Shown: one piece after another, positions 1-13,268 of the stretch
How the letters are laid out: each line of letters opens with the position of its first letter
Numbering within the stretch: position 1 is the stretch's first letter
Source of the DNA: Marsupella aquatica
Lineage: Eukaryota; Plantae; Marchantiophyta
Direction: 5' to 3'
Length of the DNA stretch: 64,000 nt
Assembly: GCA_973895155.1 (NCBI GenBank)
Contig: OZ316898.1
Location: 21,091,292-21,155,291 of the forward strand
The notes under the pieces: model-generated
What the model was told of the DNA's origin: nothing
Database searches by the model: none
What the model saw: the letters and a program-made list of their open reading frames with translations, nothing else
Translations under genes and position numbers: made by a program

Positions 1-2286
1 ACATTGGGACCTACGAAGACCAAGAATCAGAAAGAGCAGCTCGAGAATGGCAGGAGCTTGCTCGATTGTGAGAACTGCAGAAGTCTGCCTTCTTAGGAGG
101 AGAACTCATCAAGGCTGAATTTCTGTGGACACCTACTGGCAACGAGCTAGACGATCTTCTATTTTGCGAGAACAGAATCGTCGGCATCTGGGAAGCCATC
201 AACCGCTGCAATGACATCCATTGGGAGTTGAAGGGTAGCATGGAGGGGTGGACAAAGGCAACAGTGCTAGGAGAAACATCCACAACATCGCTATGAAGAG
301 GAAAGGGGCTAACAACAAAGAGACCACCCTTGCAAAAAGAACGAGGTCGGCGGCACCAAGGAAGCTAGTAGAGCAGGGAAGAAGGAGGCAGGCAGAAGCC
401 AAGGAGGAGGAGGTTGACCCCATCAATGTCGTTCCAACAAAAGATGACACCTGGAAGGGCTCGGCGACGATCCTCCTCGAGGAAGTGCAATTACACTTTG
501 CACGAGAAGAGGATGCATGCTTTACGACTATATATGCAGACTCAGAAGTACTAGGGCTTCATGGCCGGATCCATCTTGGAAGCCTTTGTGAAATTACCAT
601 GGCTAAAGCCGAAAGTGCCGGATTCAAACTTATTAGAATTCATGGGATCATGGGAGCCCGAGAACAATTCCACAAGGGTGTATGGGAAGGATTTCTATCT
701 CACTCCCCGAGTGATTGCCGAAGTGTTTGGCTTGCCGATGGGCAACAAGACCAAAGTGGATACCAGGAAGACCTTGCCTGACAAGGAGTTCCGATCGTTC
801 CCAGGGTCATCAACAAAGAATGGCTTCTTTCAGAACACCTGCACCAACCCACACATTGGAGAGATGATCAATTTCTTGTGGGTGACCATGCATTGTAACT
901 TGCCGAGGGCAGAGATCGGCAAGGCACAGGTCTACCTGGCGGAGAGGCCAAACCCAAGCCGAGACTACAACGGGTACCTCCTCACCCAACTAAAGAAGAT
1001 CTTGAAGGAGGAACAGCAGGTCATCGGCATGGGAAGCGTGTCCTGGCTTGGCTATCACATGCCGCTGTTATGCCGGTATGCCCAAAGTCAGATCTTTGCC
1101 CCAGTACTTCCCCAGTAGGCAAGGTCACTAGAGGAAGTTCCGGAACAGAGGCCGGTAGCAGAGAAACCCAACCAGCCCGCCAGTCCTACAATCAAGCAGG
1201 TGTTTCGGCCAAGGAAAGAAGACTTGCCAATGCAGCAACCCGACATGCAGATTCTACTGAAATTACTGGAGAAGGAGAAGAGGACGGCAACGGCACCAGT
1301 ATAGGACACTTCCCCAGAAGTCGGCCTAAGCCAACTTACCAGGGAAAACCCCTTTACCAGGGCCAAGGAGAGGAGGAGGCCGGAACACGAGCCGGGAGTT
1401 TGAATGTATGTGGGAGCCTCAAGCCCCAAATCCGAGGTAGAGCAGCCTAAGGCTCCTGCCCACGGTAAATAGAGGGAGAAGACAGCCTGGAGGTCGGAGG
1501 AGGAACCAGGGCCTGTGAGCTGTGAGGCCATTTTCATGGCAAGACCAGGAGAACAAAGGGGGAAGCCGGTAGTCCAAGCAGCGGAGGAGCCGGTAGAAGA
1601 CTACAACCATGACGACTCTGGCTACGGGTCGGACCATCATGTTCCAGGAATAAGGACCTGTGGCCGGTTTATCCCCACGCTTCCCAGAGTCGTTAGAGGG
1701 GACCCCACCCAACAGAGTAGCCCCGAGTCTCCCCCAACAGATGTCGCTCCCCCGAGCTTTGACGGCATAAAACAGACGGCACAAGAGTTTCAAGAGCGAC
1801 TCAAGGAGGAAGAGAAGGCAGCCTTGGCTAGAGAGAAAGATTTACCAGGAGGAGATTGGCCAGAGGACATCAGGCGGCTTGCCAAAAAAAGAAGCAACCC
1901 TCTAGCCATGATTGAAGAGATCCGCAAGGCGGCTTGGGAACAGAGGCCGCGGTGGTTAATGCCGATGACTTCTACTTACTCCACCTATGCTAAGGATAGA
2001 GCCATGGGGTACAGAGAGATGTGTGGGGAACTTGCGCTCAACATCTTTGGGGAGGAGTTGGAACAGAGACCCTTTTTCCAGAGGGAGATGTTAGAGAAGT
2101 GCCGATTAGAAGAAGCGGTGGCTTTGGAGAGAAGCAAGAAGGACAAGGTCATCCGTCGGCTTAGGGCAAGGGAAGCCAAGGTAGAAGACCTGAGGGCGGC
2201 CAAGAAAGCCCAAGATGAGCTGCGGATTAAGTGGCATGAGCTAAACATCATGCAAGGGCAATTGGATACCGCTCAGTCTGAGAATC
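1..2286 (+). mobile_element. Diverged, truncated family-A unit (copy 4); degenerate domain X / PMD-like / coiled-coil pseudogene
   Basis: ORFs 248-781, 561-1118 and 1515-2309 are frameshifted pieces colinear with ORF 38562-42194 (LPWLKP, GSWEPE, AEVFGLP, DLPGGDWPEDIRRLAKK). Homology stops at ...GAGAATC (2286) where telomeric repeats begin. The left end lies outside the window. Confidence 0.9.
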
Positions 2287-2352
2287 AAACCCTAAACTCT
2301 AAACCCTAAACCCTAAACCCTAAACTCTAAACTCTAAACCCTAAACCCTAAA
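2287..2352 (-). repeat. Interstitial plant telomeric tract (TTTAGGG)n, 9 units
   Basis: AAA followed by 6x CCCTAAA and 3x CTCTAAA on the + strand. Confidence 0.95.
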
Positions 2353-3209
2353 CACTAGTAGAAACCGGGGAAATTTAGACCATACCGTATAGGACTATGG
2401 CCACTAAGTCCTTTTTCCATACTTAAAATGACTCGCACCCATTGCACCGGTTTTGTTGAAGACTAGAAAAGACTATGAGTGTTTTGTGGTTTACTAAAAG
2501 ACTTTGAGAAGTAACCTTGCTACTTTGTGAAGGGTGAATAGTCTAGCACATCATGGGTTTTATTGTTGGCTTTTGATAATGGTCATGGGGGGGTACACAA
2601 CTGATGTTATGGTTGGTCGCAACCAACATCCCGCTATAATGGTACTCATTTTGGACAATATTCAGTTATGTTGAGGAGGGGTTTTTCTATAAAGAGGGTG
2701 ATAGCAAGGGGCATAGCTCATTAAATGGTCTTATTTGTGACCAAAAAGGTTTTGGGTTTAATGAAGTGGGGTTCATGGAGGTTGGACCATGGAGGAATGG
2801 TCAAGATATTCTTGGCCATTACTAAAATCCATCTATAAAAGGTCAAGATGCACAAAGGTAGATTTGTACCGGTCCTTTTTCATACATTAGAGCTAGGTCA
2901 CATTCTTGCACCGGGAATTATATTGCATTTTAGGACCGGATATAATGTTGGGCAACCTTAATCCTGATTACGGCGTGCAATAAAATGTCACTACTGACCA
3001 TGTATGTGCAAATATGACCATTCATTGCCTAAGTTGGCCATGCAGTAACACTTTGTAGCTTTGTCCCACTTTGGGTGACACTCAACGGCTCACTCAGACG
3101 GTAAGGCTGAGTGGCTTCCCCTAATTCGGTTTCAGGCACTAAACTTCACTTTGGGAGTCTCTTTGGAGTTTTCGCCATTGTCATTGAACTTAGAATGTGA
3201 GGGGTGGAG

Positions 3210-4850
3210 TGTTCGGGGTTTTACATAGGGTTTTCCTTTCAATGTTGCCCACTTTTTACGACCATTGCGGAGTGAACTTCCCCGCACGTTATGTGCTTGT
3301 TTTTGCTCTCAAGGAGCAATGTTCAGGCAGTTGCGGTGATCTAACCTGCATTCCTGCTTGATCTCCTTTAGGGACATTTAGGTTTCGGCTGGTAGGGCGA
3401 AGAAGGTTGTGGTTGTTGCAACCTTCATGAGGAGCTCGTCGGAGGTTGGGGTTTCTTCAAGGTTTTGGGTGACAATCTTGGTCACAGTCGTGTTATAGAC
3501 CCTTTTGCTGCACCCATAACGAGCATCGGGAGGCCGTGAGGCTCATTGGGAGGTCCTTCAGTTGTCAAGCTGCCATTGAGCTGGTGAAGCTGCATGCGGG
3601 TTACAAATGTGCGGAACCGAGCTCCTGCTATGCACTTGAACCGGCATTTTGCAATAGCTCATTCACTGAAGCTTTCAGTGGGGAAGTTCTGCAATACCAA
3701 AGTTGAGAGCGGAGGTCACTGTGGACTGACGTTCAGGCCTGGGTCAAGCAAGGAGGTTGGAGTTGAAGCTGCCTATGCTTGGCCTTCTCTATTTTCTCTG
3801 CCTGCCGCTGCCTCTATTGTTGCTTATTATTTCCGAAGCCATTTGCTACATGATTTTAGGTGTTCACGTGATCGAGAAACCTGAGAGTCAAAGCTCTGGA
3901 CTTACCTGGACTTACGCCATTGTATTGCATTGCAGAGCTTTGACTTTTAACACCATTTGTTGTTCTTAGCTACGATGACCACTGCATTGCCTCACTCTGT
4001 TCATTGCAGTGGGACATAGACTCAATTTCCTTGATAGAGATACTGAAATTGCCACTTGCTTTGTTTCAGTGTGTTTGACCGCTCGCTCTTGCAAGTTTGG
4101 AGTTGGGAGTTTGGAGCCGGGAGCTGACACCACACATTGAAGGGATCTGCAACTTGCAAGGTGGGACTTTCAGTTGCAGTTGGACCTCAAATCAAGGTGA
4201 GTGGCCTTGTTTTTCTTGTTGGCCTACATTGACCTTCTTGTGTAGTCCTTACCACCAAATCCCCCGAGTCTCTCATTCTAAATCGTCATTGGACACATAT
4301 GGAACATGAGGGGTCCAAGGTTCGGGGTTTTACGTTGGGTTTTCCGATTTTGTGTTGCCCACTTTTGCGACGATTGCAGACTTCCCTTCCCGCGCATAAT
4401 GTGCTTCTTTTTCTCTCGAGGAGCAGAGTCTGAGTATTTGCGGTGATTGCTCCTTGGATTTAGGTTTTGGCTGGTAGGGCGAAGAAGGTTGTGGTTGCTG
4501 CAACCTTCGATCAGAGCTAGTTGTGAGGGCTTCATTCTTCGGGGCTTTCTGAGAGAAGGGCCTCTTATTGTTGCACTTTTCTTGTGGAAGGCCATCAGAG
4601 GCTGGGTAGAGCAGCTACAAGAGCTGCGGTCAAGGAGGAGCTCAATGCGGGGAGAAGCTGTGGGTGGGGACGAGCTACGGGCGGGGTCGAGCTGCGATCA
4701 GGGAGGATACATTGGGTCATTGCTTACATTTTAGGTGTTGACGTGAGGGAGACCTTGAGGTCGGAGGTGGTCTGCAATTGACAATCATAGACATTCCCTC
4801 CCGCTACGTATTGGTACTTGCTTTCCTCAGCCTATTGCTGCCTCCCACCG
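3210..4850. repeat. Diverged direct duplication (~1.1-kb spacing)
   Basis: 3210-3430 resembles 4320-4520 (GTTCGGGGTTTTAC...GGCTGGTAGGGCGAAGAAGGTTGTGGTTG). ATTTTAGGTGTT(C/G)ACGTGA occurs at ~3853 and ~4728. Confidence 0.75.
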
Positions 4851-5628
4851 CCATTGTCGATTGCCGCTATCATCGTTGATTGCTTGCTTGCTTGCCACTG
4901 CCTTTGCTAGTTGCCACCACCTGTGCTTGTCACTGCCTTTTGTATTGTCTGTGGCTTTTGGTACCCTATGGAGAAATACTGGTCAGCTTAGTACAGCTCA
5001 TTCATATCCCTCATTGCTAGTGCTCTGTTTTGGACATGTCTTCCATGAAGGTTGAATGTGCCATTGCTGCTCATGTTTCCGCATTCATTGCATTGAACCT
5101 CCAGGCCGGGTCTACGCCTGTAATCCTTTGTCTATTGGTCGCTGTCATCTGCATTTGTTTAGGGACCGTCGACAGTTGCAGTGGGAGTGGATAGTGCTGC
5201 TCACCTGTTCGGGAGGTGCAAGGTGAGAGGGTGGAGAGGACCCGCGCTGCTCAGAATAGAAGTGGCGAGGTTGCGGGGAGCGCCCGGGGGAGCAGCTGCA
5301 AGAAAACCATCTTCAGAGTGGGGATTTTCTTGGGGTTTTCTGCTAAACTGCTCTGGCTTTCTTCTCGGAGGTAAGCTACTCCAGATTGTCACTTAGCGAG
5401 TTGGTCACGCTACTGGAAGTACTACCATTTTTACTATACCGCCAAACTCAGTGCTTTTTATAGAATGCTTTGTTGTTCTTCTACTTGGCATGGCATCATC
5501 CTGATTGCCCGTCGTGCTATGACCAGCAATGGAAAGCATAGACTATCTCGCTTTGGGTGTCAAAAGGCTGCAAGGTCTGAATTTATGTCTTGCTAGAGTT
5601 TTGTTCCTCTCTGTGCTTTGTTGTGTTA

Positions 5629-5823
5629 GCTTTGTTTGTTGTGATCTGTCTTACCTTACTGAGTACTAGTTTTACACTCTGTGATCCGACTTCATTCCCT
5701 ACAAATAAATGAACACGACACTGTCTTGCTGGAGTTTTGGTGGTCTCCGTGCTTTGTTTGTTGTGATCGGTCTTACCCTGCTGAGTACTAGTTTTGCACC
5801 CTGTGATCCGACTTCATTGCCCT
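5629..5823. repeat. Two ~72-bp direct repeats
   Basis: GCTTTGTTTGTTGTGATC...GAGTACTAGTTTT...TGTGATCCGACTTCATT at 5629 and 5751. Confidence 0.85.
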
Positions 5824-6695
5824 GATGATTTTCTCTGTCTCTATCCTTTGCATTCAGCTTGCGGGTGGGTTTTGTTATGATTTGATTGGGTGATTGTTTT
5901 GGAGTTATAGCCATGGTTGTAGCTCAGGTTGTTGCTGTATATAAAGCGCAGCAGGATCTAGAACTGCTTGCAGTCCCAGCAAATCATACATGCTACAATC
6001 ACAGGATAGGAGTTCAAGAAGTCTTCACAGTTTCTCATTTTTGTAGAATCTGAGATGTTGCTGGCCCAGGAGATGAGTTTCCCTTAAGAGTCATGGACGT
6101 CAACAGTGTGGGCCATGTATAATACAGTTGAGAATGATGGCAAGCATAATTTGTTAATGGGTCCAATGCCATTGTTTGTGAGCTATTGAGTTTGATAGGA
6201 GAAAAAAACCTATTGGGTTGTCGCAACTGCTTCCAAAACAATCATTTGTGGTTAGACTAAGCTCGGCTGAACACCCCTCCCTTGCATGGGGCAGACACAA
6301 TGCAGAATAGGCTGTCATGGAGTTGTCGAATGGATCTTCAGTTTTCATTAGAAATGTCCTGGGTGTCCGTCCTATGTGTAGATTTTATAGGGGATGATGG
6401 GCGAGGATCATCTTTCCCATCTTCCTGAAGCTTTGTCTGCTTTCTGCCACCTCAGTGGAGGTTCACTTGCACAACACGACAACCAGTGAGTTTTCTCTTT
6501 GCTGCAACCTGCAAGGTGAGACTTTCAATCTTTCTAGATGAAAAAATAGGATCCAAATATGATTTATGTACATGTCCATGGAGAACATGGTTTTATATAC
6601 ATGCTCTTTGTCTTAGGAACTCAACATCAAATATGTACTATGCACCTTTCATGCTATGTGTATACTGTGACCTGTAGTTGGAACCAATTTAGTGA

Positions 6696-7256
6696 GTGGG
6701 AGCTGATAAGTGCAAGTTGGTTGCTGTGGGCAAGGCAAGTCGACCTCCTGCTCGCCTTGCTCATCAAAGGACGTCAACAGAGGACATCACAACAAAAGCA
6801 ACACTTATGGTGAGGACCCGCAACGCTGAACATGTGTGGCTTGCACGCAAGGCAGAGATGTTGCACCTTGAGTATGTCAGACTGGGGATCCTTCCAGCCC
6901 AGTCTGCATGGTACTTTGAGTACCCTGTTCTTGCCAGGAACGACTACAACCGGCCTCTACCTGCTTCAGTACCCTTCCCAACATCCTTGGTATTTGTGTC
7001 TCTTGTACATGACCCACCACAAATTAGGTGCCAAGGGTGTGTGCACAGTTGCCAATATGACTGTCCTGCCTGTAGGGCTTCTGGCCCAAAGTTGGATGAC
7101 CGTTCTCTTGGATGTCGGTTTTTGCACAGAGCACAATGTATCATCTGGAACCACTCGCCATCCTGCAGTGTGCCTGGCAATGTCACTTGTCTTGCCCTCC
7201 CAGACCCCAACACCGGTGCCTTTGGTGTCTACACATGTTTGGATCACATGCTCTAG
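6696..7256 (+). CDS. Putative Cys-rich hypothetical protein/exon inside the CACTA element
   Basis: 186-codon open frame with CxxC clusters (CQGCVHSCQYDCPAC); no family recognised. Confidence 0.35.
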   Translation: MGADKCKLVAVGKASRPPARLAHQRTSTEDITTKATLMVRTRNAEHVWLARKAEMLHLEYVRLGILPAQSAWYFEYPVLARNDYNRPLPASVPFPTSLVFVSLVHDPPQIRCQGCVHSCQYDCPACRASGPKLDDRSLGCRFLHRAQCIIWNHSPSCSVPGNVTCLALPDPNTGAFGVYTCLDHML

Positions 7257-10101
7257 AGGACCACTTGTCTCACGGTGTCATGAGGTTTCCATCCTAAAGG
7301 AGGAATCCTCATGTTTTGTGAAGGAAGTTGAAACCTATTTTGCTTCTAACTTGGGCAAGTTGACTTGACTTGAGCTAACTTGACCAAGGTGAAGGAGGAG
7401 GTAGAGTTATGAGGGTCAAGGTAGGGATGAGGTCAAGCCTACCCACCCTTGTTACTATTGTGGAGTATGTTTTTCATTTGTGACCAGCGATTAAGTTATC
7501 ATTTGGTGGATTGGCGGAATGGAGGTTGCTTGCTCAACAAGCAAGGTATTTAGGGTTTTGGCAACATGGTGACCAGGTTCATTGAATACATGGAGGAGGT
7601 GACCAGGTTCAAGGCATGTAAGAGGGTTTGGTCCAAGTGCATCAGTTTTGTGAGATTTGGACCAGATTCAGATTTTTGTGTTAAATGGACCAGAGTCAAT
7701 GTATCTACTTCAACGATGGATCTTGGTTTTGGTTAATGGATGGTTTGGATTGAAGGTGGAGATGTGAGTTAGGGCTTGGTGGAGGTCGTGGCTTTTTCAA
7801 AAAGGTCGAAGCTCATTTGGTTTACAAGTTACTAAGGAGGGGTTTTTTGGCTCACTTTTGGCCGTTTGATCTAATTGGTGTGAGATTGAGGGCTGTGATT
7901 CAACGAGGATTAAAACCATAAGTGGAGGGGCTTGTGGGTGCCCTGGCCTTCCCACGTGGGTACTAAAGGAGGAAGTTCGAGTGGCCAAGGGTTCGGAGGT
8001 TAGATGCTGCTGAAGTGCTGCCGTTTTGCCGTTTTGGAGTGTTAAGTCCCATTTTTAGTTGTAGGAGCGAACCTCTTGAGGGGAGCTCAAGCATGAGGCA
8101 TGAGTGAAGGGGGAGCCCTCCTCCTTGGCCATGGCCTTAGGATTTTGAGGGTAGGAGATGTAGAGGCAATTTTGTGAAGAGATAGATGGAGTAGAAGCTT
8201 TGAATGTGAAGAGATTGAGTTTTGTGACGGTTTTTCTAGGGATTTGGAGAGAGGTTTCGAATGTAGGAGAGGCTGACTCGAAGCCTTAGGAAGGAGGTAG
8301 GATGTGAGTAGGAAGTATAAGGAGCTTGCATGAGAGATTGCCCACAAGAAGGCATACTCGAATGTAGGTTTGTTGCTTCAAGTTTTGAGGAGAATGGACT
8401 TGTAGGAGATTTTCGAAAGCTTAGAGGAGATGAGACCTAATCTTGTTGAAGCTCGGGAGTCTTGCATTAGAGATGGCTCACTAAGAAGGCCTACTCTCTT
8501 GTAAACTCCTTGACTTGAAGCTTCGAAAGTAGATTTGGTTGATAGAAGGAAGTATGAGAGAAGGAGACTAGGGTTTTGAAGCTTGGATAATCTATGGAGG
8601 GATTTTGAATGCTTGGTTGATGATTAGACTTGGTGATGATTCATTTTTGCTAGGAGGGTCTTGCTTGTGACCCATGTTTTTACTTGGAGGCCATGATGCT
8701 ACATGTGCCTTCTTGCTATGCATTTAGAGGAGAGGTATCCTCGTTTTTGAGATGTGTGTTGATGCCTTGCTTTGGCTATGAGTGATGGAATGGTTAGAAT
8801 GAATGTCTTCATGCCATTTTCGAATGTTGTTGTGAGCTTGAAGGTGTTTTTGAAAGTAGATGGGTTGGATGAAGGTACTTTCGAAAGTAGTTATTATGCA
8901 TGAGGGAAGTTGCAAGAGTAAAGAGTGAAGGCATTTTCGATTGATGGAATGGGTTGTTTGTGGATTGTACTTGGTGGTTCTACTAGAGGAAGGGACTAAG
9001 GTCAATTCCATGTTTGTTAAGGAGTTTGTTGACCAACCCTAGGTCACTTTTCGAAAGTAGTTTTCCATGTTTCAACAGTTGGATGTTTGAATGGTGCATA
9101 GAGATGCCTTGCATACCTTTGGATGTCCCACTTGTCTTAGCCACAACCAAGAGTGACCCTTAACTTGACCACATTGATGTAAGCTTGAACTTGTGTACCT
9201 TAGAGGGTTGCAAGGGATTGTGTGCAATCAAGTGTTGGAAAAGGAATGGTGACCAATTGAATGTTGGGCTTAGACTTGTGAGGATTACATTGGGAAGCTT
9301 GAACTAGTTATTTTGATTGTGATTGGATATGAGTATGTAAATGGCTTGAGTTTTGAAAGCATGCTTGCTTGCTTGTGATGATGTGGATGAAAGGTTAGGG
9401 TAGATACTTTGTCTTGTTTGCAACCATTTCTCAAGCAGCCATACACCCTGCGTGTCCCTTGAGGCCCTTTCCCACCTCTTTGCTTATCCTCAGGACAACG
9501 GCATGCACAGACCAGAGACCATTGACCTATAACTTAACACTCTGACTTGAACAGAGAGAGGATATTTACTTAAAATTTTGAATTATGAGCAATTTTCAGT
9601 CCAGGGTACAGTACATAACTTATCCTATTATGGCTGCACTAAGTACAATATCCTAATTTAAGAGGCTAGCAAGCTCACTTAAAAGTCTCATTTCAAAGAC
9701 TGGAATTAATGGGCCATGTGATAACCTGGAAAAAGGGATTTATGCCTAACTTATTTGTCTCATTCACTATCATAGCCTATTTAGGATGTATAAATTACAA
9801 CCCTGATCACACTGCTTGATACCAATCCTGTTCAAAAAATGTCTGTTTTACATGTCACGACTATTGTATGTGATTCAAATGCATTAAATCTTGTTGCAGA
9901 TCTCCTTTGGTGAATCATAGCCACAAAATTGAGGTGTAGGTGGAGCTATTGTACTAGGGGATCAGTTTTCAGAGTGGGCTCAACAAACCAAAAAGTATGT
10001 ATACATCTGTGTGTAATATGCTACATTGTACTTTTTATAAACTGCTAAATTGTATTGTCTATGCACTCTGCTAAATTGTACTATCTGTCTCATGGGTAGG
10101 C

Positions 10102-10782
10102 ATGGCACACCCTAAAATCCGAGCCAAGAAGCGGGGGACAGAGGTGAGCAACACAGGTGTAGTTGGGCCTGATGGTAGTAACTTCTCCGCACGTCAGATT
10201 TTCCAGAAGGCAGCTCATTGTTGTGCCATTTGTGACGATGGTGGGGGCTTAGCCATATGTGAGGGCCCTTGCATGAGGCATTTCCACCTCAACTCGGAGT
10301 CTGACCTTGCTACAGAAAACAACTGTCCAAGGGTGGGCCTCCCGTCAGCACACCAGGGAGGCTGGATGTGCACTGATTGTTTGGAGAAGCAGGCTAAGTG
10401 TGCACAGTGTGGGAAGTTGGGGTCTTATGAGGGCTCTGTTGATGCTCCACCACTTGTTAGGAAATGCCCTGATAGATATTGTGTGAGGTTCTTTTGTTTT
10501 TCATGTTTTCCCGATCTTGCCACAGCTTGCCCACTTCATAAGTGCAAGGCATGTGGTCAGCACGATGAAGATTTTTGGGTGGACATAGTCCACTGTGTTA
10601 GGTGTCCCACCATGTGGCACTTTCATTGTTTGAAGGATCGTCAAGCAGAAGGCTATGCTTGTGACAGACACATCTATCATCACTCTACACATGGTGTTGA
10701 TCGATGGATCTTCTATTGTCATCGCCATGCCATAGATCCTACTTTGCACACTCTTATGAGAGATCACATTTCTTGGCTTTGA
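10102..10782 (+). CDS. Tandem atypical PHD-finger protein (EDM2/NSD-type Cys/His-rich region)
   Basis: CAICDDGGGLAICEGPCMRHFH...WMCTDC...CAQCGKLGS...CPLHKCKAC...CVRCPTMWHFHCL resembles the PHD array of plant EDM2 and NSD methyltransferases. Preceded by a possible splice acceptor, so it may be an exon. Confidence 0.8.
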   Translation: MAHPKIRAKKRGTEVSNTGVVGPDGSNFSARQIFQKAAHCCAICDDGGGLAICEGPCMRHFHLNSESDLATENNCPRVGLPSAHQGGWMCTDCLEKQAKCAQCGKLGSYEGSVDAPPLVRKCPDRYCVRFFCFSCFPDLATACPLHKCKACGQHDEDFWVDIVHCVRCPTMWHFHCLKDRQAEGYACDRHIYHHSTHGVDRWIFYCHRHAIDPTLHTLMRDHISWL

Positions 10783-11402
10783 ACCTGAATAATGTACTTG
10801 CATAGTGCACCTGATGTGGATACCTTGGAGATTGCAGACATTCCAATTTTGAGAAGAAGGACCTCTGTAGGAGAGGATGCTTAGGCAACAAGTACCCTAA
10901 GTTCATTACTTGTTCCTGGGTACATGCCTTCAAAAACTCTCCTTAAGCCTTGTAGGAACTTTTTTAACTCTGCAATCATTTTGATCACGACTTACATGAC
11001 ACTGCTTAAATTAAATCAGGACTTCTGATTATGAGCACATAAGTTACAAGGCTATTTAAATTTCGAGAATTCCGTTTGTGTACCAACATTTTGTATTCTC
11101 ATTGAATGTCTGCCCATTTACAACATATGTATGTGGCATCACAAAACAATTGCACTTGTCACCTTCAATATTGTGAAGGCACATATTCAAACTATGAGGT
11201 GCATCCTTGCAGGTGTCTAGTATGTTTGTCCCAATATTTCCCCTGATTGGAATCGGAGCAGAGACTCACCAGACGACTGGACTGGACCAAGTTATAAACG
11301 CAACATTGTAGGGGCCCTCCGATTATCAGGTGAACGCATTATCTTCCGGTCTGCAGTGATTAGGTGGGGTGTGTGTACATGGCCTCTAGGAAACGTACAA
11401 AG

Positions 11403-12227
11403 GTTGACCACCCGCATCTGTTGGCAGGAATCAAAGCCATTTTGATTCCTGGCCACTATGGGTTCACCCAAGTGAGTTGGCCAATCGTACAAAAATGATT
11501 CTCAGAGTTCCATGGGACTGAAGTCAAGGACATCACTCCACAGACTACACATGTTGTTGCGGGGACATGGCTGGATGTGATGAACAAGTGGTCATGGTCC
11601 TTCATTGATTCTGCCATTACCAACCAAGGTCTAAAAGTGGTTGAAGTCTCTTGGCTGACTGATTTTGTTAAACATAGGTGTGTACAGAGTACTAAGCAAT
11701 ATGAGTTGTGGGAGAGTGAGGAGGCCACTGTAGAGGCTTTGGCTGAAAAGGAAGCCTATGAAGCAGCGGTAGAGAAACCCAACTTTGCTTCTGTCCAATA
11801 TGGACCTGTTGTCAACATAGGACACCATCCTATGCGTGCAGATGCTATATTGAATGAGCATGGCAAGGAGAGAAATACCATTATGAAGGGGTTCAGTGTG
11901 GTATTTGCAGAAGAGGGAATTGGGGAGACTAAGTGCAGACTGTACAAGTCCATAGTTGTTGAGCTAGGTGGGACAGTGGAGGAGAGTCTAACAGAAACCT
12001 CCACTCATGTTGTAGGTCTGTCATACATGAAAATATGCAGAAAATTCTTTAAGACAACAGTGCGTCATTTTGTCATGAACAACAATCTTTGGGTGCTTTC
12101 CCCTGATTGGCTTCTGGAATCAGCAGCGAGAGGGAAACGACAGAATGCTTGGGACTTTGATATTTTTGAGGCCTGGCCCTCCAAGCTTCAGCGAAGATGT
12201 ATGCTTACCAATGGTGGGAGAAAGTGA
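11403..12227 (+). pseudogene. Tandem BRCT-domain protein, one in-frame TGA in the first repeat
   Basis: Repeat 1: LLAGIKAILI...K*F...TTHVVAG...LKVVEVSWLTDFVK. Repeat 2: MKGFSVVF...ELGGTVEESLTETSTHVVG...VLSPDWLLESAARGK. Both show the BRCT G-G / THVV / W-x-x-D/E-S pattern. Confidence 0.75.
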
Positions 12228-12403
12228 GGAGTAGGAGTCCCTCATATTTTTGTATAAATCACAATTTTGTAATAAATGTGATCCTTGAACTAACTCATCT
12301 TGTCATGGTTGGTCGCAGTTGAAGTGATTGTTGTTTCCTGTTGCGTGGGGTGTGACTGTGAATCTACTTGCTGGGCTCTGTTTGGCTGAAGACTTTGGTG
12401 GGT

Positions 12404-12937
12404 ATGCTGCCTCTTCCAGACCGACAGGCCCTATGTAGGGTCCTCCTACGGGTTGCATCGTGCATGGCTACTGCTTGGGCTTACTTGTGTGGATTGGTAA
12501 CCAGACAGAGTGTAGCTCCATCCGAGATAATGCTTGCAGACCTTGGATGTGTTGTGAATGCTGTGGTGAATGAGGATGCACAGTCCGAAGAGGACATTTA
12601 CTTTTCAGCAGATGAGTTAGACAAGCACAATGTTGTAGGTGGTTCCTTGTTGCCTGATTTGGCAGATGATATACTTCTTACACATGTCTGGCCGAGGGTT
12701 CTTGTGGTGTCTGGCGCACAAGATATCTGCAAATATAGACTAATTAGTACCTAGTGGAGGGACTTGGTAGCAACATGTGCACCATGGAGGGCACTGCTGC
12801 CACTGCTTGTAGGCACGGATCGAAGACCACCATGGCATGAGCAAGGTTTAGACCTTGATGACTTAATGTACATGCCTGAGTACCTCAGGGCTGAGTGGCA
12901 TCGACAACAGGATTGGTATCCGTATTTGATGTGGTAG
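12404..12937 (+). pseudogene. F-box-like small protein with in-frame stop at 12752-12754
   Basis: SLLPDLADDILLTHVWPRV...KYRLIST*WRDLV fits the plant F-box pattern LP.LPDD...R....R.VS..WR.LV; the frame continues to TAG at 12935-12937. Confidence 0.6.
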
Positions 12938-13268
12938 TAAGATGAGGACATCTCACACCGGTCTCGCACCTGGCACCTGTGTCTATGACTATACATGATT
13001 GGACTCTGATATGGTCATGGATGTACGTGCAGAGGCAGTACATGTGAGGACAGCAGAGGAGTTGACACCCTCAAACATTTAGGAATTTTGTCTCATTCAC
13101 TTGAGAATAGGTACATGACTCAGGCACCTATATTTTTGGTTTTTTGGTTTTTTTGGAACGTCATGCTACGTATTTTGGCAAGTATAGTTGGGGGTGAAAT
13201 CCTTAACAGGAAGTGTGTTTTTCACTTGCATAATAAAATGACAGGGTGCTGAGTGCGTGTGTATAGTG

